Under the pieces are notes generated by a model, which was not told the origin of the DNA, did no database searches, and saw nothing but the letters and a program-made list of their open reading frames with translations. Below are positions 1-14,011 of a stretch of DNA of 64,000 nt, in pieces; position 1 is the stretch's first letter; every line of letters starts with the position of its first letter. Made by a program: the position numbers and the translations under genes. This stretch comes from Vicugna vicugna (taxonomy: Eukaryota), in contig MU057744.1 in assembly GCA_013265495.1 (NCBI GenBank), forward strand, positions 2,803,370 through 2,867,369. The letters run 5' to 3'.

Positions 1-2989
1 TCAAAGCTGACTCCATTATTCAAGTGGACTTTGATGCTCCCAGCACAGTACCTCGTTATTTCCTGTGTTCACACAAGATGTATACGAATATTAAATAAAA
101 TCAAGTGGGAGCTGTCTTCAAGAAAGGGAGCTTTGGCCTGTCGTTGGCAGATGAGATGGGTTAATAACCACTGTTTTAGCTTAAATACGAACTCTGCGTT
201 TGGGCGTCGAACAAGAAGAACTTTCTGGACTAGCCTCTAACAGACAAGAACTCTTCACACTGCTGACTCAACAAATGCATGAGCTGGGGACCAGTTACGG
301 TTTGAAAACATGCTCAGTCTTTCGGATGAAATGTGTACCCGAACTGTTCATGTCGGTAACTGCTGACGTCAAATTAAGACTTGTTTGAAGTTAATCGGGG
401 AGTCCATTTTATCACTGATCTATCACTGCCAAGTTTCTCCAAGTTCAGCATTATTTGTGTTGGATTAAATGATTATCCTCTGCTGTTTCGTTAAACACCG
501 AGTAACCACTGACCAGCTGTGCTAATTTTCGTGGTAGCACTGGGTTAGTTCACTAGATACGTCACTGTCCATGATCCTGATTCTAGAACAATTCTGTTGT
601 CAAAATCAGATACTTTAGCAATAAAAAAAAAACTGGTAGAGTTCATGATTTCTAATATTGAAAATATTTGAGTCAGTCCAAATGGGAAATCTGAGAGTAA
701 TAAAGGCGAACATGAGAAGCTGATAATAGAAATGGATAATCGAACAATTACCCAACAGACTGCCGTCCTCCCAGCAGTGCCTGTGGTGAGCGGAGGACTG
801 GGCCCTGCGTCCCTGCCCTGCCCGGCCCTGCCCTGCGGCGTGGGGTTCTGCGAGAAGCTCAGGTGCCCTCTGGGTGCGCTAATCCTGACACATCTCCATG
901 AAAAGACTGGTGGCTTCTCCCCTTAAATTACGCAGGACTACTCTTCGTTTCCAGCTGTAGTGTTTTATTCTTAAACTTAAAATAGCAGAACATCTCCCCG
1001 TCCCAGCAGACTGCGGCGTTTCGCCTCTCGTGTATCCCCAGATCGACATCTTCAGACTTGTTCCCTTTAAATGTCCTGGTCTCCACTCATTTTCAGTCAC
1101 GGCCTTTCATTCTTACTTTTTTCCACGCTGAACCAAACCGATGTTTCCTACCCTTTTGCTTAATGTTTGTTCCCGCGCGTTTCATTCACTAACTAGAGAA
1201 CAGTTTCCAGGGATCTCTTAGAAACGGACGTAAGGAATGGAGCCAAAACGTGATGCCGCTGTCACAGCTGAAGCTGACCCACGTCCTCTAATCCGTGTGA
1301 GAGGACAGTCCATGCGCGTTTGCCGTATCTACATCCGGTATTTCCCGTCGCACAGGTAGTGCAAGAATTAGGAAAGTACGTATCCTAGCAATTTACTTGA
1401 TTCAAAAGAAAAACAAAATTCTTCTAAATACCAAATAATTTCAACAGCCGCAGAAGAAACGTCTCTTACCGCTGAAGTATTGTTCCGGACTAGACCTGTT
1501 ACCTCGGAGAGCCAACTTGGGTGAAGTGACAGAGAAGCTGACAGTTTGTCCCAAAGTTTGATGTTAATAACTGCTCTGCGTTAAACAGTCACCACGGCAG
1601 CCGTGTCATTGTTCAGTGTTGCTCCCGCAGTGTGTGCATACGTGGTGCACACTACAGCGTGTAAACACATGTTCAAGGCAGCTGTGTTAAATGCTAGCAC
1701 GTTCAGCAAGCTTTCCTTAGAGTTTAGCTTAGTGTTCTCACGTCTTCAGTGTGGTCCATGTTAGAAATCAAGAGCAAAGTAGTAAGTAAAATACGAGGAA
1801 GTGTGAACTAATAGAGCACCTTCTTTGAAAGGATGAAATCTGAACAGAGGCTAAACCGCAGTGAAATTAATGAAAATAAGCAAAAAAAATACAGAACTCT
1901 GTATAAATACATGGTTTCTGCATTCCTTTGCTTTGACGGCCATGAGGAGGAGATGAGAGTTTAATGCATCATTCCAGGGCAGTCACCTCTGTCTTCCTCC
2001 CGTCTCTTTAAACATCTGTCCGCTAAGCACCTCACTGGGGAGCTGTGAGTCATTAGCTCAGAGAAGTAAAGAGAAGCACACGTGTAGGTGATCGGACGCA
2101 AAAGGAGCAAAGCGGTAATTTCCCAAGCAGAGAAAGATGGAGATACTGTCTGCTGATGGAGTCAGGCTTCAGGCATGCTGACCCCGCCCAACTTGCAGCG
2201 GGAAGGCGGGAAGACGGACGGTGTGGCCATCCGGAGAACACGCCGGTGACTGCCAGAGCCGGCAGCCTGTTGGGTGGCCCGATGGCAGCCTTGGTTCTGT
2301 CCTAGGAGGGCCAGTGAAGCAAAGGACCGGGAGTCTCTTAATAAGGATGAGGAATCACAGTCGTCATTGGTTTCAGGGCAGAGCCCCCCGGAAGCCTGGT
2401 GACACAAAGGGAATGCTGGTGAACAACAGCAGAGGTGAGCCAAGTGGTCTACGGCTGTGTTGTCCAAGGCAGCAGCCACGGGCCGCAGGTGGATCTGGAG
2501 GCCTTAAAAACAAGGAGGAGCAAAGGTGCGGTTCCTGCCTAGCACTCGGGGCCGACAGACGGGCAGCACAGACCCCGGACAGTCCACCCTCCACGTGGTC
2601 GGGGAGCGCCATGAAGAGCAGCACTGACAGCACCCGGGGTTCTTAGGAACACAGAAACCTGAGTCCTGGTGTGTCTTCATGTGATCCAGGTGCAGCTTAA
2701 CGCACAGAGGGCTGATCGGAAGCTCATGCCAGGACTCCAGCCATAAAAGTACAGATGGAGCACAAGTCAGGAAGCTGAGGCCGAGCAGCCTGGGAGGACG
2801 CACCAGCACTGTCGATGAGCCCACTCCCGCCCTGGGCTCGTCCAGGTGACCTGGACACCCCCTTCCCGCCTGGCTGGTTAGCTGCGGTGACTGACGTTCT
2901 GTCTGTGCTGGTCAGGACCGGGTAGGTGGCACTCACACCACCAAGCCAGTAACAGTAGCAAGTAACAAATTCCTGTAGTACTTGCTGTT

Positions 2990-3130
2990 TCCCTGACGCT
3001 TTTTGCTGGGCAGTTAGGCATTTTAAATTATTCCACATAAGTGACCTTTAAACAGTTTTAGTGATGATATAATTTAGCCTCAACAAGTATAAAATCACAC
3101 AGCTAATAAATGGTAGCACCAAACTGAAAG
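2990..3130. mobile_element. MIR SINE fragment (degenerate)
   Basis: Contains the MIR-like core 'aaatcacacagctaataaatggtagcacc'. Boundaries are approximate. Confidence 0.5.
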
Positions 3131-3844
3131 AAAAGAGAAAGATTCTTTTCTCTCTTAACCAGTAGAATATAAGAAATATGTGCTGTTATTTGTGTTTCAG
3201 TTTCTAACCATAATTTCTACTGTGGCAGAAATTAAATAAAGCTTATTTGAGACTCAACTAAGATAATGTGACTGAGAAAGATTTTATGCCTGGACTAAGC
3301 AGTGGTGAAAAGAAATATTTATAATTTCCTTAAAAGCTTTCCGTCTTTTGGAGAGGCTCTAACCCGCATTAGCAGAGGTGGTGCCCTTGGAGTGGCATCT
3401 GGCTTCATCCTCCGTGCATTAGAAACCCGAAATTCAGCTTCTCTCCGCCTCCCTTGAGGGAGGGCCACTTCTCTGCAAGCTCAGTTAACTTCACTCCTCC
3501 TGCTGGTTCCCCAGAATCAGCCAGCCCCACGGCCACCCCTCAGCTGTGCGAGCAGCTGCGAAGTCCTTAGTCGTGCAGGCAGACTGAACGGTGAGCCCAG
3601 GACTTGGTAATGCAAAAAGCGGTTGTGTCAAGACAGCCATTAAGAAAATACGCGTTGAACAGGCTTTATTCTGACCACCACAAGCAGCTCCGTGGCCACT
3701 CGGTTTGGTGCTGAAGCTACCCTTCCACAAATTAAAGTATATGAACTCTTTAAGTCGTCACCGGAATTGTGCAGGCAGAGGCAAAGCTGGCCTTTTTCAA
3801 GGGAATTTTTCACTTTTAAGCAGATAGTGGAAGCAACTCTTTTC

Positions 3845-4396
3845 TTTCTTTTTTTATTGAAGTCTAGTCAGTTTACAGTGTTGTGTCAATTTCTGGTGTG
3901 CAGCATAGTGTTTCATAGACATACGTATATTCATTTTCATATTCTTTTCCATTATAGGTTACTACAAGATATTGAATGCAGTTCCCTGTGCTCTACAGTA
4001 GGACCTTGTTGTTCATCTACTTTTTATACATTCATGTCTGTGAATCGTGCACTCCCAGTTTATCCCTTCCCACCCACCTTCCCCATCTGGTAACCGTAAG
4101 TTTGTTTTCTGAGTTTGTGAGTCTGTTTCTGTTCTGTAAATAAGTTTGTTTGTGTCTCTCTCTGTCTCTCTCTTTTTTCCCACATGTGAGAGATACTATA
4201 TGGAATTTTTCTCTCTCTTTCTGGCTTACTTCACTTAGAATAATTATCTTCAGGTCCATCCATGTTGCTGCAAATGGCATTATTTTATTCTTTTTATGAC
4301 TGAGTACTATTCCATAGTATAAATATACCACAACTTCTTTATCCAGTCATCTGTCAATGGACATTTAAGTTGTTTCCATGTCTTGGCTATTGTAAA
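3845..4396 (-). mobile_element. Young 5'-truncated LINE-1 (3' UTR plus ORF2 C-terminus)
   Basis: Poly-T start followed by 'ttattgaagtctagtcagtttacagtg'. ORF 4032-4331 reads 'KIMPFAATWMDLKIIILSEVSQKE', the L1 ORF2 C-terminus. Degenerate TSD aagcaact(c/g)tttt at 3831 and 4402. Confidence 0.92.
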
Positions 4397-6189
4397 ATGT
4401 CAAGCAACTGTTTTTCTTCGTAGAGATTTAAAAAAAAATAGAAGCCTATTGAGTAAAAAGAAAATTTAATGAAGATTAGCCAAGAAATTCTCATTAAGTA
4501 TATAGATTGATTCCATTTATAGTTCTTTGTCCTCAGCTTTATTATTTATTTACCAATTTGCCCTGTCTTAAACATTTTGAACTAAGATTTTATATATTCT
4601 AAGTTGACTTTGTATTTAAACATATTGCAAATATCTATTTAATATTTTAAGTATAAATGTCTGGTTTTTAACAACAGTGATTCAATAGGAGATGGAACAC
4701 ATTATGTGCTAGAAACTAAATTTCAGAAACTATCATATGTTCATAAAAAGCAACCAGGTTTCTTGATGAGTTCGGAGACTTGACCAGGGGACTCAAGTAT
4801 CTGTAGCCTAAGGATAGAAGTTTAAGTAATTAATAGACTTTCATGTGAAAACATTTTGTGTAGCATCATAATGCATATATAGGGCCAGCAAATGATTGAA
4901 TAATACGAGGGGCAAATTCTAAAGCAGTAAGTTCTAACACTATGCTTTTGTAAAAAACTAATCTAAAAAGAAGAAGAAATTAAGATTTGGGCTGTAGGTC
5001 CCCTGCTGACCTCCTGGGGGAGCTCATTCCATTCTGTCCTCAGGGAGAAATGCTGTAGGCGGATGAAGGGAAAACTGAAGCCCTGAGAGATGTGCAGTCA
5101 GTGTGCCGGCGGGTGGGGTTGGGCGCCGTATCAGTGGAGGTCCAGCGTTCTTTCTCCTTGTAGTGTTTCTTCCTTTCCTCTCCGGCTGCAGTTGTGACCG
5201 GGGAGTCTGAGGATCACTTCTGCCTGCAGGTGTCCTTACACTGGGAGGGTCAGCCAATGGTGATACTGCAGAAGCCCACACATCAGAAATTAGTTTGGGC
5301 AAGCTTTGCTCCAGGCCTGAAGAAGAAGATGTGCACAACCATCCTGGCTTTCGGGGGTCGGCACGGAGGACGTTTCCCTGGCCAGAGTCTTGTTTGGGCC
5401 TTGAGATGAAGGTGAAGAGTAGCCATCCAAGTTTTTGTTTTTTTTTTTAAATTTATGTTGTCTGGCAATATGAAGTATCAACAGGACATCTTGTCAATAT
5501 TCAAAAAGTAATGAATTAAAATATTTTTTCTTTTGTTAGTTCCTTAGAAAGTCTAAGTTAATTCTTACCAAAGTACAATGTAGATACTCCACAAATATCA
5601 AAGATAAATTTTTTAACTTATCTTAAGCAACATATTTAGCAGCTCAACACAAAGTATTATGAACGTTACTCCTTATTATGTTGTTTCACATTCATATGGC
5701 AGTTACAAATGTAAAGTCATTTTCATATTGTGTTCTTCCCACTTATAAAGGATATTACCATTTCAATGCATTTTCCTTAGTGAAATGTAGACATTTACAT
5801 GCTTTTGTTTCTAAAATAATCACCTGAAATTACTAATTGTTGATTATAGTCTCAGAAGAGTTGATTAATTCATTTATTAAATTATCCTACGGTTCATTAA
5901 GCCAGAGCTTTGACAGAGAATTAAATAACGAAAGTAACTGTGTTCACAAAATTTTAAATGTTACCACCTTTTCTCACTCGCCTTTGTCTGTCTGTCAAAC
6001 TGACTTAGACACAGTGGAGTAGATTGTTCTCTGCTATGCAAGGAAGCTCCTTGTTTTAACAGCAGCCCATCTACTAGAACACGTCTAAATTCTCACTAGA
6101 TAGTTTGACAGTGAAAAAACAGAAGGCAAAAAAGTGACAGGTGTGAGAAAATAAAAATCGTTTACAATAATACAGAACAAAAAGAAGAC

Positions 6190-6360
6190 TGACTGCGTGT
6201 CTGCTGTGCACCAGGCACGCAGCACATTTTACATGTGGTCACTTGTTTAATTTTCATAACAACTAGTGGAAGGAACCACTATCAGATGAGGCCAGAGTTA
6301 GGTCACTGACAGTGTCGGACTCAGGCCCAAGTCTCTCAACACCAGAATCCATGCTCTCGA
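6190..6360. mobile_element. MIR SINE fragment
   Basis: 'gtgcaccaggcac...ttcataacaac...cagatgagg...aggtcac...ccagaatccatgctct' follows the MIR motif order. Confidence 0.6.
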
Positions 6361-7699
6361 AATAAATTTCCTGCTACCGTCATGCCGTCAGTAATTAGTT
6401 AATGGTGTCATCAACAACTACGGGCACTGTAAGGTGGGCAAGTAAATGGGGCAAAAATTATGTAAGTATAACCTTAATGTTGCAGAAAATGTTGCAAGCT
6501 ACCCACTGCAGGTGTTAATACAAGTTAGAGATTCATGTGTTTGGAAAAGATTAATTGGATTTCCAATTAGCATGTAGGAGTTCATGAAGGAACTTCACTC
6601 CTGTGGTAGCAGCAAGCCAGAAGTCGGTATTATGTTATGCTAAAATGTGTAATTCTTACAGAGCTCCTGAAGGGTGCTGGTCACCGAGATATCTTAATGA
6701 AATAAACTCCAGAGAGAGATGAGCCCTTTCTGGTTATCAAATGCCACCTGCACCTCTGGGGTCCAGGGCCTCGTGTGGGAACCGGCCGGTAGGAAAGTAG
6801 GCCCGTCATGGAGAGAGCTCCGCAGAGACGCTGTGAAACCAGCCGGTCGCTGCTCGTGGAGGGCCGAAAACCAGCGGTGAGCAGTGTGAATGCCTTGGCT
6901 GCCAATTGTCTCACAGAGCGCTGCAGAGTAAAGCCATGGAGGTGACAGGGAAAAGCAGAAAGTCTCCAGCAGACTTGGGCAGCCACAGTGCTCAGTATCC
7001 CAGGAATCAGCCAGACAAGAATCCAAAAGTGAACCAGAACCACCTAACATTGCAGTCTGAGCCACTTCCAGCTTAAACTCTGACAAGATCAAAGAGCTTA
7101 GCTGAAGTATAAAAAGAGGGCCTTAATCCAATTTGAAAGCACAGCTGAATATTGTCAGTTTATGGTAACAGACCACCACACAAACTCAGCTAAACTCCGA
7201 TGGAATCTGAAAAAGCATTCCTTCATCCCGCTTGCTCCCTGAGAGAGGAATCCTACTTGAACACTTTAGGAAAAATAACAACACGAGACAACAGCAAAAT
7301 ATATTGTAGTTTAATTTCTACTTTATTTAATGTAAATGCCCAGCATGAAATCTTTTTTTTTTTAAAAAACAAGCAAAGAAGCATGGAATGTTACCGTAAC
7401 TAAGAGAAAAGATAGTCAATAGGGGGTGGAGCAACAGACGACCCAGCCGCTGTAGTAAGGAACGCTTCAAAAGGACTGTGACAACCATGTTAAGAATTGC
7501 AAACAAAGAAACAGACAAACAAAAACAGAAAACAAACAAAAAATAGATTGGAAGAAGAAATGGAAAATTATGGTATGGAAAAGGAATATATATATAGCAT
7601 ATGACAGAAAAGTTCTAAAACTTAAATATGTAGCTTAAGTGTAAAATATATTTAAAATAAGAAATTTAAAGCCACATAAATGAATTTCCCCCTCCTATC

Positions 7700-9965
7700 T
7701 TCTGTGATAATTTTAGACACAGTTCAAACACAGCAGAAGAAAGAGTTAGTTATCCTTATACAGATTAATAGAGATTATCCAAATCAAAGCACAGAGACAA
7801 AAATAAATGAAACCAATGAATAGAAAGCAGTAGCCTGTAGACAACACCAGCTTTCTAACCTGTTTACAATTGGAGTCAAAAGAATAGAAGATAAAGAATA
7901 TGACAGAAAAAATACTTCATGAAAAAATAGCTTAGCAGGCCCCTATTCCTTGTGAAAACTTAATATGCATGTCCAAGAGACGAGGCAAAACTTAAGTCCA
8001 ATAAATGCACGAATAACCACCTTTAAGCCCATCAAAGTCAAAATCCTGAAAACCTAAGATAATTTTAAAATGTTGAATGCAGACTGAGAGAAGAAGACAC
8101 GCTGCATCAAACAGTAAGAATGGTGACTGATTTCTCACCAGACAGAACAGAAGCTGGTAGACAACAAAATGAGACTTCCAGTGTGCAGAGAGAGAAAAAC
8201 CCAATCCTTCACTGAGTATTCAGCAAAAATAAGCAAAATCAAGAAATATTTAGATGATCAAAAGCTGAGAGAATTAATCAGTTCAAAAAACACCCTAAAA
8301 AATCCTAAAAGAAGGTTTTCAGATCAACAAAGGTATCCAAAAGTATCTTTTAAAAAATACTGGAAATGCCAGGAGACATAAGATCAAAATTTAGTTGCAT
8401 TTCTACATAACAAGAACAAATAACTGGAAAATGAAAATTCTTTCAATGCAATACAGAATCAAAAACATAAAAGTCTTAGATGTAAGTTTACTGAAAAATA
8501 TGCAAAAATTCTCAATGAAATATAAAACACATTTTGAGAGTTATTAAAGATGACTTAAATAAGAGACATGCCACATTCATAAAGTGGAATCAATATTGTT
8601 AAGATGTTAATTCTCAGATTAAATTAGTGATTCGATACTATCTGGATCAAAATATCAGCATTTTGAGGGGAGAAGTTGGCAAGATGTTTCTAAAATGTAT
8701 GTGGAATTGAAAAGGTTCTGGCATAGCCAAGACAGCCTACACAATGAAAGACAATTTCAGAAGGCTTTCCCTACTTGGTTTCAAGGTAACATTCTGTATT
8801 ATTAGATACACTTACCTCCTAATTGTAAAGCTTACAGTAAAGCTACATTAATTTCAACAACATGGCATTGACAGAAAGATAGGCAAATAGATCAACAGAA
8901 CAGAACAGTCACACGAATCAGTGCAACTCCGTGGAAAACTCTTTGCAATAAATGGTATTGAAGCAAATGGAACAATGACACTTGATCTTCCGTCATGTGA
9001 TTCAGAACATTAATTCCAAATAGATCATAGACCTGAACAAAAAAAATTAAACTATAAAGCTACTAAAAACATACACAGGAAACTATTTTCTCACTCTTAG
9101 GGTTGATGAATGTTCCTTAGATTTGTCATAAAATTTTTCAACTATAAGAGAAAGAAACAATAAATTGAAATACTGTTCGTCAAAAGATGCCCATTAAGAA
9201 AAGGAAGGAAAAAGCTACAGACTAGGAGAAGACATAACACATGTCTGACCAAAGGCTGGTATCTAAATTAAACAATATGCAATAATACAGAGCAAATATC
9301 CAAGTAAAACTGGCAACACTTCCCAAAGGGAGATGGCTGGAAGGCTAACACGTACATGAAGAGGTGTTCAGTATCATTAGATGTCTGGGGAACTCAAATT
9401 AAATACACAATGCCTTGCTGCTTCACACCCATTAAAACAAAAAAAGCCAGAAAATACCCAGCGTCACTAAGGAGATGACGCATCAGGAACTCTCGACATA
9501 TTTCCGGGAGGAATGTAAAGTAGTGCAAACATTTCAGAAAATTGATAAGCAATTTTATTTAAATTTTAATATCTATCATGTCCTATAAGTTACCAGGGTT
9601 ATGAAAAAATATGATGACAAAAAAGACAAATACAAAAATGTTCATAGCAGGAAATACCTGACAACAGAAGAATGGATAATCAGTAAGTAGAAAATTCTAC
9701 TCAGCGATAAAAAGAACAAACTGTTTATACATACAAAGCATGGCTGGATCTGAGGCACATCACGCTGACGAAAACAATGTGAAAGTAAAAATATGTACTG
9801 CATGATTCCATGTACATTAACTCCTATAAAAAGCAAAATGTATGCTGACAGAAGTCAAAGTAGTGGTGGCTCCAGGAGAGGTTTGAGAACTGACTGGGAA
9901 GAGGCATGGTGTCGACTCCTGGGGTGGTGGGAGTATTCTGTTTCTTGGTAAGAGTCTCAGTTGCA
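7700..9965 (+). mobile_element. Ancient L1M (L1ME-like) remnant: ORF1 region joined to the ORF2 3' part and 3' UTR
   Basis: A-rich plus strand. ORF1-like segment at ~7700-8380, then ORF2-like motifs ('gttgcatttctaca', 'caatattgttaagatg', 'ctttgcaataaatggtattg', 'aaaatgttcatagcag'). Many stop codons. Confidence 0.8.
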
Positions 9966-10025
9966 CGATGCCCCAAAGCAAGCGTGTCTCCCGACGCTAT
10001 GTCCAGAACTAGCCGAAGCTCATCG

Positions 10026-10618
10026 TTTTGTTGCTGTTGTTATTGAGGTGTAGTCGATGTACAATGTTGTGCTAGTTTCTGGTGTGCAGCAAAGTGGTGC
10101 ATATGCACTCCTTTTTATATTCTTTTTCATTATAGGCTATTGTAAGGTATTAAGTATAGTTCCCAGTCCTATACAGCAGGACCTTGTTGTTTATCTGTTT
10201 TATATATAGTAGTTTGTATCTGCTAATCCCAAACTCCTAATTTGTCCCTCCTGGCCTTTCCCCTTTGGTAACCATAAATTTGTTTTCTATGTCTGTGAGT
10301 CTGTTTCTATTTTCTAAGTAAGTTCATTTGTATCTTTTTTTAGATTCCACATATAAGTGATGCCATATGATGTTCGTCTTTCTCTGACTTACATCACTTA
10401 GTATGATCATCTCTAGGTCCATCCATGTTGCTACAAATGGCATTATTTAATTTCTCTTTATGGCTGAGTAGTATTCTGCTGTATAAATATACAGTCATCT
10501 GTTGATGGACATTTAGGCTGCTTCCACGTCGTGGCTGTTGTAAATAGTGCGCATGTGAACAATTGGAGTGTGTGTATCTTCCTGGCTTAGAGTTTTCTCT
10601 GGATATATCCCCAGGAGT
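10026..10618 (-). mobile_element. 5'-truncated LINE-1 3' end
   Basis: Homologous to the L1 copies at 3845, 46388 and 62062 ('tagattccacatataagtga', 'gttgatggacatttaggctg'). Confidence 0.92.
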
Positions 10619-11559
10619 CTGATCAAATCTTACTCTTTACTATGGGCATCCCCAGTCCACTTGTTTAAAACTAAAAAAACAGTAGATTAACAAAGTATGG
10701 AAAGTCAATATTTTAAAGTAGAAATCGGAAGGTTTTCTTGTATTTTGCCTTACTGAAAAATCACCCAAACTATGTACTTGAGATCACCAGGCCTTTTCCA
10801 AAGGTCCAGAGTCTACTATGGCTCCTGATCAGTGGAAGCATGATATTTTGAGAAACTCGTGTCAACATCACTCAGCCTCTGATCCCAGTGTGGGCTGCTA
10901 TTGGCACTCTGCCTGTTTGTCTGCCAGCGTGACTCAGCCCCTACTGTGCGCCCTCAGCTTCTTACCACTTACCCGATTCCCAGTGACCACATTGATCTTC
11001 CCTACCTGGTGCTCAAGTGTCATCAGGACTGAAGTTCTGTCCATGATTCATGCAATGACTGCTTATTTCGAGTTTGCCATGTCCCAGGCACTGTGTGATG
11101 AGCGTAGGTTGTATTGCGGTGACTGCTTGGGGAAAAGCAATACCATACTTTCTCCTTTTAGGGGGGTTTAAAATTGTGACTTTGAAAGGAGCGAATGGAT
11201 GTCTGTTTGAGTAATTCCTTATGCATCATAGGCATAGGGAAAATGCAGTGCCTCTTAATGGAAAGAAAATTGTAGAATCAAAGTTAAAATGTATTTAAGT
11301 ATCTATAGAATGAAGCATTGTTACCTAAATTGTCAGTTTGCTGTTCACAAGAACTTAGCCTTGTCAGGAAGTTACATTAGGAGACTCGCCGGGTTTGTGT
11401 TACCATTGCAGACGGTGCACTGCCAGCTGCATATTAAAAGTGTTCATTTAAGCACGTGTTTGAAATCATGATTATAGACACCTTTTTAAAAGTTCATGGA
11501 AACCAGCTTCATACGGAATACAGGTGTATTTAATATGCACCATGCGATGCGTCAGTGGG

Positions 11560-11930
11560 AGCAGGCCCGGCGGGAGGAACAGGTGGGCCCAGACACGGAA
11601 CGGGTCCAGGAGAGAGGTGTGCACGCCTCCCGCATCGGGCCCACGTCGGTGGCGGCGGGGCTGGGAGGGGCCTAAATTCTACTCTGCTTCCTGGAGCGGA
11701 GCGAGAAGCACCCCCTCAGCCACATGGTGGTGTTTGTCAGGCCGGCGCTGCTCGGACTGGAGCCCGGCCAGCGGGGGGCGCGAGCGGGGTGGGGGGCGGG
11801 AGGCCCGGCGTGGTGAGCCGCGCGCAGCCCCGGTCAGGGCGCCCCCTGGAGGAAGGCGCGGTCACAGGCCCCCGCTGCCGGGCTCTGCTGCTTTCGGTCT
11901 CCGCTTGTGACCAGTGCCGGCGACTTGGAA
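11560..11930. promoter_or_regulatory. Small CpG island containing a CTCF motif
   Basis: Dense CpG and GC-box-like sequence (ggggcggg) inside AT-richer flanks. Confidence 0.65.
11839..11852 (-). promoter_or_regulatory. CTCF core motif
   Basis: The reverse complement CCTCCAGGGGGCGC differs at one position from the canonical core CCACCAGGGGGCGC. Confidence 0.7.
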
Positions 11931-13156
11931 GCTTTTGACTTGTCAGAACTGGTTCCAACATTTTTCTTAAAACCGAATGACTAAGATGAATACTTCTTTT
12001 ACAACACAGATATTTTTCCAACGCTTTTTATACCAAAAGTATCTCACTTTTTGTTTTCCTTGTTGAAAAGCAGGAAAATTAATTTCTTCAGAAGAGGGCC
12101 TTTGTATTATCACTAAGCGAAAATAATTTACATATCCTCCCGCCGCTGAACAGTGAGCCAGATGCGTCAACGTGAACGCATTCGGGTATAAACCATGACT
12201 GCATTCTGCGGCTGTATTTTCTCTGTAGGCTCTAGCACAGGATCCTGTACCCATAATGAGGATTCTTATGTGCTTATTAAACCAGTTAGAGTTGTTTTGC
12301 TGCAAAAAAGCAAGGTGTGTGATATACCCAAAGACTGTATGCAGTCCAATTGCTTTGCAAGATTGTTGGCCGTGTTCAAGGATGGTCAGATACTGCTTTT
12401 GCACACAGCTACTTTGTTGCTTGTTGTCTGCAAAGTGAGCCACCACACTTGGTGCCGTGAGGTGTACAGGTGTTTTTAAGATGCTGGTCCTTGACCTCAA
12501 ATGTTCAGACCGGAAACAGGGAAGAATGGTGATTATGACAGCGGGTGAGTGTCAGAGCAAGGTCACTAAAAGGAGGACAATCGAACGTTTTAAAGGAAGG
12601 TTACAAGCCACCTGCATTTGGGTCTTCAGTCCCTTGTTTCTCTGGAGGTCCCACAAGAAAACAGCTCAACTCGGGAATAGCTCCTTTAGATCCTTGACTT
12701 TAAAGATCGTAATACGCTGTTCCAATCACACTTTTAAAATATATTTCCCCAGCTGTTCTCTTGGTTGTGGTGTTGTGATGGTTAAACCCATTCACCTCGG
12801 TTATCCATTAGGTTTACATGTGCCAGGGCAAGCATCTCTCAGTTATTCCAAGGGACTTATTAATGGAGAGTAGCTCATACGAAGGCTTTTGAGATGATTT
12901 CTCGTTTCTTAAAGTGCTCACTGACTTCAGTTAGGGTGAAAGGAAATTGACTTGCGAGAGTGGCCCTTGTTCAACGTATCCTTAGCAGCAGTCCATTAGC
13001 AGCAAGGGGTGCGTGTGCACTCTTTTCTTCTCAGTAGCTTAGTCATGTCGTGGATGCCCTCGAAACCTGCTTATGAGCTGTCTGTTGACTCTAGGTATTA
13101 ATACTAGCTGAGGCAGGTAGCCCTAGTCTACCCACAGGTGCAGATGAAAACTCGTA

Positions 13157-14011
13157 TGTAGATTATGGAGGGCTGCAAATCTTAGTCATCCCTCCATCAA
13201 GAGGTTGTGGGGGTCCGCGTCCCTTCCCCTTGAATCTGGACTGACCCGTGACTCACTTGACTGATGAAAAGCAAACAAACAAAGTGGCACTGCGTGACTT
13301 CCAGGGCAGAGTTAAATGAGTAATGACACTTCCTGCTTGGTTTTTTTAGAACACCTCCTCCTGGAAGTCTTATGAGATCCCAGCTGTCGTGTTGTAGAAT
13401 CCCAAGTCACGAGGTGAGTCCTTGGTGTGGACGCTCTGGTCAACAGCCACGGCCGAGCCCAGCCAGCGCCAGCAGCAGTCTCCAGTCGTGTGACTGAGCC
13501 ATCTTCCACGTGTGGCCAGCCAGGCTCCGACCGACTGCAGCTTCCCCACCGTGGGACAGACGCCGAGGGAGGGCTGTCCAGCCAAGGTCAGTACAGACTT
13601 TCCTCAGGATCCACAGGGAACTGGTTTCAGGACCCTCCTTAGCTGTAGAAATCCGTGGACGTGCAAGTGTCTTATGTAAAACGGCAGAGTATTTGCACGT
13701 AACCTGTAACACCCTCTCATACACTTTAGGTCATCTCTATTGTAATAACTAATACAATCTCGGTGCTGTGTAAATCGTTGTAAATACAATGTAAGTGTTG
13801 TGTAAGTAATTGCCCAGTCTGGCAAATTCAAGTTTTGCTTTTTGGAACTTTCTGGATTATTTTCAAGTATTTTTGACCTGCTGTTGGTTGAATCCGGGAC
13901 TCGGGAGCCTGAGAATGTGGAGGGCTGACTGTAGTCCACAAAACTGGAAGAGATAGTAATTGAAGCCATGAAGTTCAGTGGTTATTTATTACAAAACAAT
14001 AGATAACCACA
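13157..14011 (+). mobile_element. MaLR (MLT1-type) solo LTR, interrupted by a MER2-type MITE
   Basis: MLT1-like 5' part 'cccttccccttgaatctggactg...gtgactcacttgac' and 3' end 'aagccatgaagtt...caatagataaccaca'. Confidence 0.75.
13594..13931 (+). mobile_element. MER2/MER2B-like Tigger-derived DNA transposon MITE
   Basis: CAG...CTG termini flanked by TA at 13592-93 and 13932-33. Internal 'ggcaaattcaagttttgctttttggaactttctgga' and 'gttggttgaatcc' match MER2B. Confidence 0.85.

Noticed and set aside
1471..1520. Possible minus-strand exon with a GTAAGA donor
   Set aside because: An isolated splice-like signal with no partner exons or coding evidence.
11967..12873. 177-aa and 138-aa ORFs next to the CpG cluster
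   Set aside because: Non-ATG starts, no recognisable protein family and no convincing exon structure.
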